The position numbers and the translations under genes are program-made. From positions 682,001 through 746,000 of the forward strand of contig RSEE01000020.1 of assembly GCA_003971905.1 (NCBI GenBank): a stretch of 64,000 nucleotides of DNA, in the 5' to 3' direction. Shown here one piece after another: positions 13,871 to 27,409 of the stretch. Numbering within the stretch: the stretch's first letter is position 1; each line of letters begins with the position of its first letter. The notes beneath the pieces are model-generated. The model saw nothing but the letters and a program-made list of their open reading frames with translations. It was not told where the DNA came from and did not search any database. Source of the stretch: Moniliella sp. 'wahieum' (lineage: Eukaryota).

Positions 13871-16800
13871 ATGTGGATCGTCAGCAGCTTCTGGACGCGC
13901 CATGGCGTGTGGGAGGACCGGGTGCTGCTTCCCAACCACAGCTACCATGTTGGCCGGCGCCCGCGCCGCCCGCCTGCCTCGGGCGCCGACGACCGCACGC
14001 TCCATCTCTGGTTCCCTGAGGAATACGCCAGCCTGAGCCGGAACGCTCTCACGCTCCATGTCGGTCCCGCCGCGCCTCCCGGCACGCCTGTCCCGCCGCC
14101 CAGCATGCCCCCTGACCTGTCTCCCACCTGCCCCCGCTCTCTCCGCCTTGCGCGGGAACCAGGCGACGTGGACGGCGCGGCTGCCCTGCCACCGCTCTTG
14201 TCGGATACGCATGCCGTCCCGCCCGATGCCCCCCCGCTCGAACTCGAGACCCACACGCGCCCTGCCACCCCGTCCACCGTATCTCTTGTCTTGGGAGGCG
14301 ATGCTTCGCTCCGCAAGGACGGCGCACTGGTTACCGACCTCAACTCGCATGCGCCGTTCAAGGCCACCACACGCACCGACCTCGACACCCAGGCGGCGCA
14401 CCAGAACCTGGTGCTCAAACACCGCGACACGATCTACCTGCCTCGACAGGTCCTGCTGGTGTTTCGGTGGGAACCATTTGTGCTCGGCATCCCACCGGGC
14501 CTGGCGGAAAGCGAAACGTGGGCCATCCAAAGGCAACAGGCTGAAGCGCTGGGCATCCGTTGCTTGTCAGTGGACAAAGAGGACCCGGTCCTGACCAAAG
14601 CCGCCGTGTCGGCACAGTTGGTCGGGCAGAGCGTAGTGCGCAACCCACGCAAACCGCGCTTCACTCACCCGCTCTTACTCAGCGTCCCCCTCGTGCTCGA
14701 ACGATACCTGAGCAGGTGCATTGACCACGTGCGCCAGTTCCTAGCAGACCCCAACCAGGCCTTTGTCGGGCTCCCCCCCCCGCGTCGAACTTACCCTTCG
14801 CTGGTCCGGCGCCCGCGCAAGCGTACGACGATCGACCTCACGTGCAAATCTTTCCGGAGAACTTGCGGTCCCGGAGCCTATTTGACCAGCTGTCGCGCGA
14901 CCTGCCCCCGCTCCAGGGGTAGACGTGGCGCTGGAAGAGTACTGGGCTCGGCTCTGTGCAGGGGGAAACTTTAGTACGCTACAAGGCCTTTCGGTGGTGT
15001 GGGTGTGCCCGACGACTGAAGCAAGCCACGAAGCAGCCCGCTCCGCTCCAGCCACCTTTCTTCGCGCCATGGGCGGCCGTCTCTTTGTCCGCACCGCCAG
15101 CCTCGACTCGCGCGAACAAGTAGCAGGCTTGTTGTCCAAGATTCGGCTGGACCATCAGTTGCTGCTCTGGTACCAGCAAGCGATCGCAGCCATGCCGGAC
15201 AATCCCATCGTACCTCCTGGCGCGTCGTACTTGCCACGAGGTGGCACGGCCCTGTACCTCGACCCAGCGTTGGAGGAACAAGTGGGCCAAGTCTATGCCC
15301 AAGGCGCTCTCGCGTACGTATACTTTCGTCTTCATTCTGTTTTTTGGGGGTTTTGGTTTTGGTGTTGGTATTGGTGTTGGTATTGTTTTTGTCGGTAGGC
15401 GCAGTGGCTCACCTTAAGCTTGTCTTTCCTTGCCCTATGGCCCAGGGCGGAGATCCCCGTCATCAACCAACCAACTTTGAGTCGCTCGACTGCTCCTGCA
15501 CAATGCCGGCCTGGGTGTCCACCAACACTCCAGACTCAACTGGGATCGCCTACCTGGTCTCCCCCCAGCGCCGGGCGAAGCCCCCCTTGCCCTAGCACAC
15601 CACGCTCCCACACCGCCACCTGTCCCCGCTCCCGCCCCCATTCCTGTCCAAGCACAAGCACAAGCACAACCGCCCGCCGCTCTACCCGAGCCAAGACAGC
15701 TCACTCCACCACGCGAGCTCCCCGACGTCGGAGGCGGTACTATGATACTACCGAACCCTGTCCCGCCACGCCGAGGATCGCGCCCACCTCGCGCAAAGAG
15801 CGCTTGGCCCGGCTGGCTCAGGAAGCCGAACAGGCCAGTGTGCACTCGAGCGTCGCTCCGCTGCCGGTCCGGCTCAGGATCCGGTCCTAGTGCCGCTGTA
15901 AGTGCAGGTGTAGGTGCAGGTACGAGCGGGAGCGGGAGTGGGGAACCCCCCAAGTCGGCACGGTTCGCCGTTTTGCTGCAGCAGGAACGTGAGGCTCACA
16001 TGGCAGATATGCCTGTGCCAGCGACGCATGCGGCTGATCTGCCTCAGGGCAGGCCGCGCCCCCCCCCACCTGGGGAAGCTGGGACGACAAGCCCACCTGC
16101 TGCACTGGTGGAAACGCAGGCAGAGTCCCCCCCTGCCCCGAGGTCGAGGCAGGCTTCGCATGCGTCCGCCGCGCCCGTCGAGCCTACCTCGGCTTCGGAG
16201 GCGTCGCATGTCCTGACCGACACGGAGTTTCAAGCCCAGTTCCGTTCCGCTCGCAGAGGCGTGGTGCAAGAGGAGCGGTCGCTGGACCAGGCCATCGATT
16301 CGCTCCGACCTCTCAAGCGACCTGGCCGATCTGCTGTGCGCACCCCGTCGGGCCAAGCCGATGTGGACGAGCAGTCGGTGGACATGCAAGCGTGGCAGCG
16401 CCTGGGTCCCGACGCATTCAATTTCCCCCCTGGGAATTACATGCAAATTGTGCGGTTCGAGCTGCCCGCTGCACCGGTCTGGCCTGCCTCTGCTTCCACC
16501 TCCGCCTCTTCTTCTTCTTCTCTGCAGCCGGCGCGCAACCTGAACCTGAAACCGTTTCGGAAGCAATCGGTGGCTGCCTATGCGCCCGACGGACGCCTGC
16601 TCGTCCAGCCCGGCCAAGAAGAAGAGGAAGGGTGGCCCGTGCCACGCGACGCGCCGGTCGCGGTAGCCTTGCCGCGGTACGAAGCCTACGCGTACGCGCC
16701 GCTGGCTGAAGGCGCCGACCCAGGTGCGGCGCAAGGCGCCGCAACCGCGGGCGCGGCCGCGTCCGACCCACCGCCTTGGCCCAACGAGGTGAGCTGCTGG

Positions 16801-17178
16801 ACCCAGGACAGGACGAGGAAGAGGAGGCGGTGCAGGCGTTCCGTGTGCTGCCTGTGCAGCGCGGGGCACGCGTCCTGCTCGGCCGGGCCCCAAGCCAGGC
16901 GGCGGCGCACGACGCACGACCGCACGCAAACGCGCGCTCGCCGTGCTGGACGACGAGAGCGAGGAGGAGCAGCAGCAGCACCGCAGTCGGCGGCGCCGAG
17001 GCGGTGCGTGCGCCGGCGGCAGGCCGGGCGCGGGGGCAGGCGAGGCGCGAGGGCGCGCGACAGGCAGCGGGAGCAGCAGCCAGCAGACGCTCCTGTCGTT
17101 TGCCGGCCGCGCGGGCGGGCGGGACAGGAGGCGGGGGACGAGGCGGGCGGGCGGGTGCCCAAGCGGGGCGGTGTGTGA
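13871..17178 (+). CDS. NBS1: Divergent nibrin / Nbs1-Xrs2 homologue (FHA-BRCT N-terminus, Mre11-binding motif); probable intron 15314-15445
   Basis: N-terminus MWIV..RVLLPNHSYHVGRR..SLSRNA resembles the Nbs1 FHA. WEPFVL resembles the FHA-BRCT junction. NLKPFRKQ near 16545 matches the NFKxFxK motif, and the tail is acidic. Confidence 0.65.
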
Positions 17179-18247
17179 TGGGCATGTGATGGCAGGTTGA
17201 TGGTGTGGGGGGATGCATGATGCATGATGCATGATGACTTGTTCGTCGCCTTCACATGTCACGGTGATGTAGGGCGTAGACCCTGGACGGGTGGAGTGTG
17301 CGGGTTGCACCGAAGGACAGTGCAGGCGATCTGATAAGATGGGGCAACGATAGCGTTGCGTATTTTTGCCGCCGTGTTGGCTGCTCGCCCGCATCACCCG
17401 GCAGCGCACTCGCAGCAAGGCAGCCGGGGCAGCCACCGCGTCCCCAGCACAGGCAGGCGTCCCTCAGGCCTGGCGGCGCACCGCGCTCGTTTGTCATGGC
17501 AATGCTGCGCGCTGTGGCCAGCGCCCGATGGAGACGGTGCGGTGCGCCTGTCCGCCCCCATGCTGGTGTCAGCAAGACAACGGTAGATGTAGCGAACGGG
17601 CGCATGGTAGTTGGCTGGGTGCGGGCACGGGGGCCACATGGGCCTCTCGCCCAAGCGCTTGCGGGCTGGCCCAGGCGGCCCAGGCACGCGCTGCGACGCA
17701 GGCGGGGCGCGGGGGACAGGGGCAGTCCCACCGGCCGACGCTCCGAGGCACCCGCTGTGCTCGACCCGAGCGTCGAGCAGCCCGCGCCCCGTCACACACC
17801 GCCCATGCCCAGCGTCTCCGTCGGCATGCAGCCCAGGCCCCCACCACGCCATCTTAGGTAATAGCCTCCGCTGCCCTTTTCTTCCCCCCCGACCCACGCG
17901 TCTGCGGCGCGCACAGTACCCACGCCCAGCGCGTCTGCTGGCCACCATCACGCTCGCCCAAGTCCACCGCCTCCTCCGCTTCATCCCCCTCCGCCAGCGC
18001 ACCCGCCCGCCGCACCCCCCCCCCCCCCCCCCCGCGTTGCGCGTTGGATGCCAAGGATGACGCCCTCATCCGCACCCCACTTTATACTGCCATTGCGCTT
18101 GAAGCCAGTACGTGCTCCTCCATAACCCATCACTCGCCCGGGCGCATGCTAACCGCATCTCATCTCCTCTCCCCGTAGCAGCAGTCCCCCCCACAGCCGC
18201 AACCCCCATCATCCCCGTCCTCGCCTCCCTCGCCGCTGCAGGGCACC

Positions 18248-20556
18248 ATGGCCTCCGTCGTCCGCACCTGGCGCGCCTGCCACGCCCTCACCACCGCCCT
18301 GGAGGAGGGCCACGCTTTGAGTATGGCACCTGGCGCATGTGGGGCATGGCCTGCCGTCGGCGCCCTGGACGGTCCACTACCCATGACCACTACCACGGCC
18401 GTAGACATCGAGGCCGGACATATCCCCACCAGCACGGCCACGCCTACCAGTAACAGTGCAGTGAGCGAGGATGGGCGAAACCAACGTCGCCGGCTCCGTC
18501 GCGCGTCCGATGATACACCAGAAGCACGCGTACGTCTTGGGACCCAGCAGGGCGGCGCCGATCCCAATCCGGGACCCAAGTCCAATCCACGTAGCGGGCA
18601 GCGAAACTTGGTCGAAGTCGAGTGCGATTGCGGGATGGACCTGCCAGGGTCGAACATTGCATTTGGCCTCAACCGCGCTCCCAGCCCACCGCAACCGGAT
18701 CTGGCGCCCGTATGGGAAGGAAGTGAGTTGGACCTAGACCGCTGGCTTTCCGTCTCGCTCAATGTCCCTTCCCATCCAAGGGATAGTCACCTCCCGGAAT
18801 CGGGTGAGCCGCCGCAGCAAGAGGTGCCCGACGCGCCCGACAAGGGCAGGGAGGGAAAAGGAACAGGAAAGGGCAAAGGGAAGGGAAAGGAGAAGGGAAA
18901 GGCGAAGGGAAAAGGAAAGGGAAAGGGAAAGAATGTGGGCGCCAGCACGGTCACGGGTACGCTTAGCAGCAGTTCCCAAAGCTCGGAAAACAGAACAACA
19001 GACGAGTTGACGGGCCGCGCAAGCGACTTTGGTCAGTCCAATCTTCCTCTCAAGACTCAACCAACAACAGGCTCACGGACTACGCATCTGATCCACAGCG
19101 CTGGCTATATTGAAGCAACAGATGGGGACCGTGGCGGGACTGTCAGAGCAAGCCGTTGGGCCTCATGTGCGCTTGCATAAGGGCAAAGAACCTCTTTCTC
19201 ATGCTCCCTCTTCTCCTCGCACTGCCTTGAGCATGGATGACTTGATGCGTCAGTTGCTCCCCATGGACCGAATGCCACCCTTTCAACCTGTCCCGAATGA
19301 AAGCAGCTCTTCCTTGGCGCAATTGATGGTGCCCCGTCCGGAACAGCAAACGATGCGGGCCTGAGTCTGTTTCCGTCTTCATCAACGGCCCACAACGCTA
19401 CCTTGTTGTCCCCATCAGCTCCATCTTCAGCAGAGGGTAGCAGTATCCCTCCCACAGGGAGAAAAAGACGAGCTCCCTTGGCTCACCTAAGTTGATACCG
19501 CTAACGGGCAAGGGCATCACCCGCCCTATCACCCGATATGCCCAAGCACCCAAGCCAACGCGGACCGCCCCCTGTTCCAACTGCAACTCGTCCCGCACTC
19601 CATTGTGGCGTCGTGATCCCGAGAACAGGCTCTTGTGCAATGCCTGTGGTCTGTTCCAAAAGCTGCACAAGAGGCCGCGGCCAATGACGCTCAAGACAGT
19701 GTACGAGCACCACCCTGACTGTGTTGCGCCCACTGCGCATCAGTGCCACCTGTACGGATGCAAGTTCGAGCCAGAGGAGAATCCACAAACGTGCGCGAAT
19801 TGCGGAACGTCCACCACCCCCCTGTGGCGCAAAGACGACAAAGGTCGGCCCAACTGCAATGCGTGTGGACTGTGGTGGATACTGCACCATACCCCCCGCC
19901 CACTAAAGATGCGCGTGGACAAGATCCGCAAGCGCAATCGGATCGATGGAGCCGCGTAGGCAAACCAAGGACCAAGACCCAACCCAAAACCAAAACCAAA
20001 ACCACAACCTCCTCGGGGAAGACCGCTTCGTCTGACCAGGGCTCTCCTGTTCTCTCAGGCATGCGCTCGGGCACGCCTTCGACCCCGCGCCGCGCTCGCA
20101 TCTCCCTTCGGCTCCGGGGTCCGCCTCCATCAGTCCCGCGCCTGTACCCTCACTTACTTCCACCCGTCCTACAGCCCTTCGCATGCCCTGCCCACAACAA
20201 TCGAGTCAGCGCTGCCCCACCCATCGATCGAACGGGGGATAGCACGCCCTTCTCGGTCCGAGATGCCGGTGCCGCCGAATTTTGACGAACTGTTTGCCAT
20301 GGTCGGCTTTGGCTCGGGCCACCCCAGGCTCTGGCCACGCAAACGTCTCGTCCCCCCCCCCCACCTCCTTCACACAGGAAGAAACCTCTTCTTACCTCCT
20401 TCCTTCTCCGGGAGGCCTCCCCTTCTCTCCCCCTCGCTGGAAAGGGAAGACGTGTCGGGCCAGAGCACACCCACGGGGCAGAACTGGTTGTTATCCCAAG
20501 CTTCCGATATCGTACCTTCCCTCCCCCACCGCACGCCCCAAGCACATCATCCTCTT

Positions 20557-20616
<60 letters not shown>

Positions 20617-21287
20617 GCTCACGCTCACGCTCATGCTCAACCACCATCGCAACCTCGCACCAACCCGTCATCTCCCGGCGCCGCCGTCGCTCCTGTTACT
20701 GCAACCCCGCCTTTAGCACAACAAGCTCCCCTGGACACCAGCCTTCCCTTTATGCCATTCGAGCTGCCCAGCCTGGACCCAGGTAACTTCCCCTACCTCG
20801 ACCCGACGCTCTCTTCTTGGCCCACCCACTTACCCTTGCACCGCCCCCCCACTACGCTTTGGCCCACCCGCCCATCCAATTCCCCGAGCGGTCCGCTGCC
20901 TCCCCAGCGCCCCCCCAGCACAGACCCGCTGATACCCGCGTGCGTGCCCCGATCCAAGCCCAGGCCCAGGTCCCCGTCACGGCGCCCGAAGGTCCCTCGG
21001 GCATAGGCAGGGCCCGTGGACGACCGCGTGGACGACCGCGCGGGCGACCGCGCGGCTCGCGCGCCCAAGCCCGACGTACCTTGTTGCCCCGGCGCAGCTC
21101 GTCCCTATCGCAGCCGCCTGTGGTAGGGCAGTCGGACGTAGCCCCGACTCAAGAACGGCAGGCGACTAGTCTTTCTACTAGTGTGTCTACGGGTCGGTCT
21201 GCCCCAGCGTCCACGGACTCGCCCCAGTCGTCCACGTGGCTGCTCGACGCGTTCCGTAGCTTGCACCACCGTGATCGGTCCGAGTAG
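18248..21287 (+). CDS. GATA transcription factor with two CX2CX17CX2C fingers (19573-19647, 19792-19866); exon structure and ends uncertain
   Basis: CSNCNSSRTPLWRRDPENRLLCNACGL and CANCGTSTTPLWRKDDKGRPNCNACGL..RPLKMR..IRKRNR, with downstream (HS)n and GRPRGRPRGRPRGS tracts. Confidence 0.8.
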
Positions 21288-22184
21288 ACATTGTATGGTT
21301 AGGATCGAGACGAGGGATGGGAGTACGGGTTGAGTGCCGAGTATCGAGTACCGAGTGAGTAGGCACGGAGACGCCTGCAGTACGAATAGTATGCAGCTCG
21401 TCAATATAATCGGGGCGCGCGTACCGGGCTGGTTCGGCTTGGCTGCGCGGGTCGGTTTGGCCCAGAACAGTGGACTATATAGAACGGCGGATTGCCTAGA
21501 TCCCCAAAGCAACGAGCAAAGCCTTTGATCGTTCTATTACCTAGCTCACGGAACCGGATGCAGTGGGTCGTCGCACGTCCATGGCGACATGGGCACAAGA
21601 CTGTGAGACCCCCCCCCCGTCGCAGTATACCGTGTATAGATTAGGCTGATACCGTGGAGCAGGGCAGGAGCGACTGGCGCAACCGAAACCGAAACCAAAA
21701 GCGAGAGGAGATCAACAGGGACTGCAAGAGCCGTCGTCCGTGTATAGTGTGAATTGCGGATCTGATCTCGTGATACCTACTATATACCATCCACAGTTCC
21801 TCAGTGGGTCTCCAAAAAAACCTGTGCGCGACTGTCTGTGGCGAATGGCAGAGGACTATATTACAAGCGGTGCTCGTGCGTGCCTGCCCTGGGGTGTGTG
21901 GCGACCCCACTCGCAGGCTCTCGCGGTGGGGTTGTGTGTGCCGGAGTTGCGCCCATCTGCCGAAATAACACATTCACCACCTCGAGCCAGGCTAGTTACG
22001 CGACGTGTTATACATGTTACGGGACAATAACGAGCAAGACTTTCGATCTATGTCTGAAAAAGCTTAAAATGGTAAGCTTTCAGTTCTTGCCACCCAGAAT
22101 GGCTGGAAAGTGAAACTTCACCATCGAAATGAAACATGAATGGTGGGAAATTTGGCTCTGAATGTTTAATTGCGCCAGCGGGGG

Positions 22185-22215
22185 TAGGGTTGGGATTGCC
22201 CCTCTCTAGGGTTGG
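22185..22215 (+). promoter_or_regulatory. Two TAGGGTTGG telo-box/Homol-E-like motifs upstream of RPL38
   Basis: Exact 9-mers at 22185 and 22207, 80-110 bp upstream of the ATG. The same 9-mer occurs upstream of LCB2 and aconitase. Confidence 0.45.
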
Positions 22216-22294
22216 TCGCCCACGCCTGTCCGCGCCAGTTGGGCAGCTGGGCGCGGTGCTGCAGCCCGCCGCCAACGTCCATCCAGTCGTCACG

Positions 22295-22690
22295 ATGGTC
22301 AGTAGTTACCCCCTCCTCCTCCTCCTGGGCATGGAGCACTGTGTGCTATGCCTCGTACGTTGCGCGTGAAGAGTTTGAAGATGCTAACTGGCTGTTTCCC
22401 CATTCAGCCTAAGCAATTACCGAGATCAAGCAGTTCCTCGAGGTGGCGCGCCGTAAGGATGCGACGGCGGCGCGGATCAAGACGTCGATTGTGAAGCCTT
22501 CCAAGTCGGTGTCCTCCACGGGCAAGAAGAGCAAGAAGTCCAAGAAGGGGGACAACACGGTGTACAAGTTCAAGCTGCGCACGAGCAAGAACCTCTACAC
22601 GCTCGTCCTCAAGGACGCTGAGATTGCCGCCAAGATCAAGCAGTCGCTCCCGCCTGGTCTGGAGGTGACCGAGATCTCGCCAAGAACTAA
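22295..22690 (+). CDS. RPL38: 60S ribosomal protein L38 (eL38); ATG-only exon 1, intron 22298-22407
   Basis: [63 protein letters not shown]. Confidence 0.93.
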
Positions 22691-23670
22691 GTCGTTTCTT
22701 TCCTTTGGCTTGCTGCTTAGGACGGGGGGACAGTACGCGTCGCGTGCACACCGCTCCCCCCACCTCCCGGCCCTGTGGGCGTTGAATGGCGTATCGAGTG
22801 CCGGGGACGGCGGGGGGGGGGTCTATGTCTTCTGCTATTAGGTCTTTTATACCTCAACCCTTGCTTTCCTTCCTTGTACAGATAATATGAAATGGGAGGC
22901 TCCCCATTGCTCTTGCAATGCAAAACCCCGCGCTGCGGGACTGCCGACTGTGCTGGCCCTTGAGGCATGGCTGCGCTTGTAGTCCGATTGGGTATGGGGG
23001 GAGGGAGAGGCCGTTGGGGGGAGGAGAGATGACAGAATCATCGAGCGAGGGGGCAGGATGGTTGTGCGGAGGATGTTGGCAACATGTGGCTAGTGAGGCT
23101 GATTGGCAGGCGCAGACCTGGATGGGATGTGAGATGTGAGATGTGAGAGCGAGAGCAGAACCAGAGCAAGAAGAGCAAGAGGGCCGCAACACGGCAGGCG
23201 GGCAGCGAGCACGAACAGGGTGGGTGCCGAGCGGGCAGGCGGGGCGGGGCCGGACGGGCAAGGGTTGGATTTAGATAGGTAGACGGCATGTTGAACCGAG
23301 GATCGCCTGTGTGTTCTGTCAAGGGCCAGGGTGCAGGCACGGGGCGAGTGCTGCGTGCTGGCTCGGCCGCCGCCCCGCCGCCCGCACCAGCCGCGGAGCT
23401 ACGTGTCGCCAGACCCCCACACTGCCAGGGCGCTGGGCCGCCCGCCTGGGGCTGCCAAAAGGCCGCATGCATTCATTCGGCTGCGCTCGCCTGCCTTCTG
23501 CGCTCCCGCCGACGCCGCCGCCTCGCCCCCCCCTCCCCCACGCTGCCCCCACCACCCCCCGCCCTCCCCGCGCGCCTGGCTGGCCCCGTCCCCGCCCCGC
23601 CCCCGCCCCGCCCACGCCAACACCAACACCAACCCAAACACCAACACTCGTTTCCGCGCCCCTGCCCGCC

Positions 23671-26600
23671 ATGCCCCGCCGCGCCGACCTGTCCGGCAAG
23701 ACGTTCATCCGCATGCGCGGCCAGCCCCAGCCCGACATGTCCATCCCATCGACACCGTCGCCGCCCGCCCCTCCGCGCGCCCACCATGATGCGCCGCGCC
23801 AAGACCCTCACCCGTCCCGAGCGCGGCCATCCCCAGGCCCCCATGATCAACCCCGCCGAACAGTCCTCGGCCCAGCCCGGCATCAACTGGTGGGCCTGGT
23901 ACGCCCGCATCATCACCTTCTGGGCACCCAATGCGCTCCTCGGCAGCTGCGGCATGCGCGACGCGCCCTCCAGCAGGCATGGCGCGAAAAGGTCGCGCTC
24001 TGCTCCATCTCGCTTCTGTTTGGCGGGTTTGTCATCTTCATCACCATCTGCATCACCATCGTCTTTTGTCCCGCCTCGTCCCAGACCCGCAGCAGTTCTA
24101 CAGTTTCGGCAACCGCGAGTACAGTGCATGCTCGGCATTGACGGCTGGATGTTTCGCGGATTGGAATGCGCAGGTGCGGATCAGTCCCAGGTTGGCTTCA
24201 ATCTGTACAATGTGTCTCAGGACGCACCGGGCACCGACATTAGCTTTCTCTTTCGCCCCGTCTCCTTCATGCAACGGTCTGCCCTACGCCGCGGCCACAC
24301 TCGATACGTGCAGCGTAGCCAGCCAATGCCAACAGGCCAGAAATCTGGCTGCGTGTCGGGGCCTTGTCGGCAGACAACCTATCGGCCAAAAAGTTTGAGA
24401 ACACCACCGCCAAGTCGGTTGGAACTGGCCCGATGTTTCCCGTGCCAATACCACCAACTACATTGTACGCTCTCCACACTTTCCCTTTGATCTCGGACGA
24501 GTGCTGACCATATAAATAGGGATCGATGGCACGGTACTGGACAGAACCCGTACCTCTCGGCCACCGGTTCCCGTGCCCAACGACCCCATCGATACCATTG
24601 TGCGTGCCATTGGTGCCCGATAGGGAAGCGGTAAGGAGGCTACTGTCTGCTTTACACTCAACCGCATTGGAGGCAGACATATGATTGCCTGCAAGAGAAA
24701 TATCGGGCGGGCAAGATTGACAAGATGACGCCCGGTTGTTTCTTCACCCAACTCGTTCTCTACACTTCGTTGGTGGTCATTCTCTTGTTGATCTTTGCCC
24801 GCTTCTTTATGGCTCTCTATTTGCCTGGTTCATGGCCGGTCACATGACCGACAAGCCAGTTCCGGAACGAAATAGGTCCCACTTGCCCCTGACCCAAATG
24901 CCAGACGGAGCCATGTCGGATGTGAAGAACCCCGGCACGGCACCTGGGCCGATGCCGCTCACAATGGCCTCCCCCCGCCACCGACATGACTCTCGCAGGG
25001 ATTGGAGACTCGCCCTACATTATCACTCTGATTACGTGCTACTCTGAGGGTGAGGAAGGAATCAACAATACACTTGCGTCTCTGTCCAATTCAGAGTACC
25101 CGGACAACCGCAAACTGCTCTTTGTCGTGGCCGATGGCATGGTCACCGGGCACGGGGAAGCGCGCAGCACACCCGATATCTGTGTTGGGCTATTGGATGC
25201 GGACCCGCGCTTTGGCACACCGACCCCGATGAGCTTCCCCTCGGTTGCCGGCGGAGCCAAGGCACATAATATGGCCATGGTCTATGCTGGATACTACACC
25301 AAGTGCCCCGGTCATCGGACGCCGATGGTCGTTGTGGTCAAGTGCGGTACGCCCGAAGAGGCACACGATGCCAAGCCGGGCAATCGTGGCAAGCGCGACT
25401 CGCAAATGATCCTGATCAATTTCCTGCAGGTGCACGTTCAACGATCCCATGTCCCCCCTCGACTTTGACCTGTTCCGCAAGGTGCACACCCTCGTTGGTG
25501 TTACCCCGGACTTTTCGAGCTGTGTCTCATGGTCGATGCCGATACCAAGGTGTACCCGTCGGCCATGCGGAAGCTAGCGGACTGCATGTCCAACGATCCA
25601 TTGATCATGGGCGCTTGTGGTGAGACGCGGATCACGAACAAGAACCAGTCATGGGTTACGATGATCCAAGTATTCGAATATTTTATTTCGCATCACAACC
25701 AAAAGGCGTTCGAGTCGGTGTTTGGGGGTGTAACGTGCCTCCCCGGTTGCTTCTCCATCTATCGCATCAAGGCACGCAAAGATGGTGGCGACGACTGGGT
25801 ACCTGTCATTGTTGCTCCCGAAGTCACGCGGGAGTACAGTCAGGGCTCTGCAGCCACGTTGCATCAGAAAAACCTCCTTCTTCTTGGTGAGGATCGCTTC
25901 CTCACCACACTCATGCTTCGCACTTTCCCGCATCGCAAAATGGTCTTTTGCCCCAGCGCACGATGCAAGACCGAGGTCCCGGATACATTCAAGATGCTCC
26001 TCTCCCAGCGACGACGGTGGATCAACTCGACCGTGCACAATCTCATGGAACTGGTACTTGTTCGGGATCTGTGTGGGACGTTTTGTCTCAGTATGCAATT
26101 CTCCGTCTTTATGGACCTGTTTGGTACCGCTTCACTGCCCGTTGCGATTGCCTTGACCTACACCCTAATTATTCGTGCTTGCATCAACCCGCCCAAAGAC
26201 TTTAGCGACGCCATCCCGCTGATGCTTCTTGCGGTCGTCTTGGGTTTGCCTGGCGTACTTATCGTGCTGGCCACGCGCAAGGTAACCTATGTGTTGTACA
26301 TGCTCGTCTACCTGATCGCGCTGCCCGTATGGAACTTTATTTTGCCCGTCTACTCCTTTTGGCACTTTGACGATTTTCCTGGGGCGAGACGCGCAAAGTG
26401 GAAGGAGAAGCCAAAGGTGCTGCGCACGGAGACGAAGCAGCAGCAGCCAGCGTGGCCAAGATCCCAATGCGGCGGTGGGAAGAGTGGGAGCGAAGCCGAT
26501 TGCGCAAGCTCAAGCGCAAAGCCAAGCGTCGGGCCGAGTTCGAGGCGCAGTTTGGCCAAGCGTACGTGACTTCGGACGGACGTCTGTCTCCGCTGCCCTT

Positions 26601-27060
26601 GTCCAATGCCTCTGGCCACGACCCGCTGCGTCCAATCACGTACTTGTCCCAATCCGCCTCGAGCTTCTCAGAGACGGAGGAGGACCGGTGGGGCGCCGAT
26701 ATTGGGGGGTACGACGAGACCCAACCACCACCGTTGTTACCGCCGGCTGTGCCTGCCGTGCGACCCACCAGTGGCCTAGTTGCTTCGCACGATATGCAGG
26801 CCATCCTCGATGGCGACTGGACCGATGAGGAGACGCCCCACCCGCCTGCCCCTGCTGCGCCATGGCAACGAGAACACACATTTAGCCCTTACCCGCCACT
26901 CGAAGAGAGCCGAGGGAGCGCGGCGAAACGTGTGTCCTATGCTCCTCTCCCGTCGCGCTCTACCACCGACGTGGCCCGCCCCCTCCCGCCCCTCGCGTCG
27001 GGGTACCAACCCCCCCCCGCGCACCACATCCGTAACCGCTCCCGTAGCGGCCAACACTAA
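23671..27060 (+). CDS. Chitin synthase, division 2, most like class IV (no myosin motor domain); indels
   Basis: [63 protein letters not shown]. Confidence 0.93.
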
Positions 27061-27409
27061 CTTACTGCCTTGTCCTGTCGTCGTGTCATTTGTCCGTCCG
27101 TCCGTGTTATTGCTGTCATGTATTTCGTGGTTATCGATTATCTTATCCACCCTGCCCTCCTTGTGCGGGAGGCGCGGGACTGCCAGTCGTGCAGTTGGGT
27201 TGTAGTACAACGACAAGGGACTCTGGTTCTAAGTGACTAGTGACTCGTAGTGACTCGTAGAGCTGGAAAAGGGGCAGTCGGAGACCATCAGATGCGCACT
27301 GTCTTCAGAATGGTAGCATCCGGGCCACCGACCGTCTGTCTCGTAGCAAAATCCGATCCGGCCCTGAGGCCTGATGCATGACCCATGATCATGACCCATG
27401 ACCTGCTCA

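Noticed and set aside
22015..22170. TGTTACGGG LTR-like start and an AT-rich patch upstream of RPL38 (third LTR copy or snoRNA?)
   Set aside because: No matching terminus or further homology to the LTRs, and no convincing C/D or H/ACA boxes.
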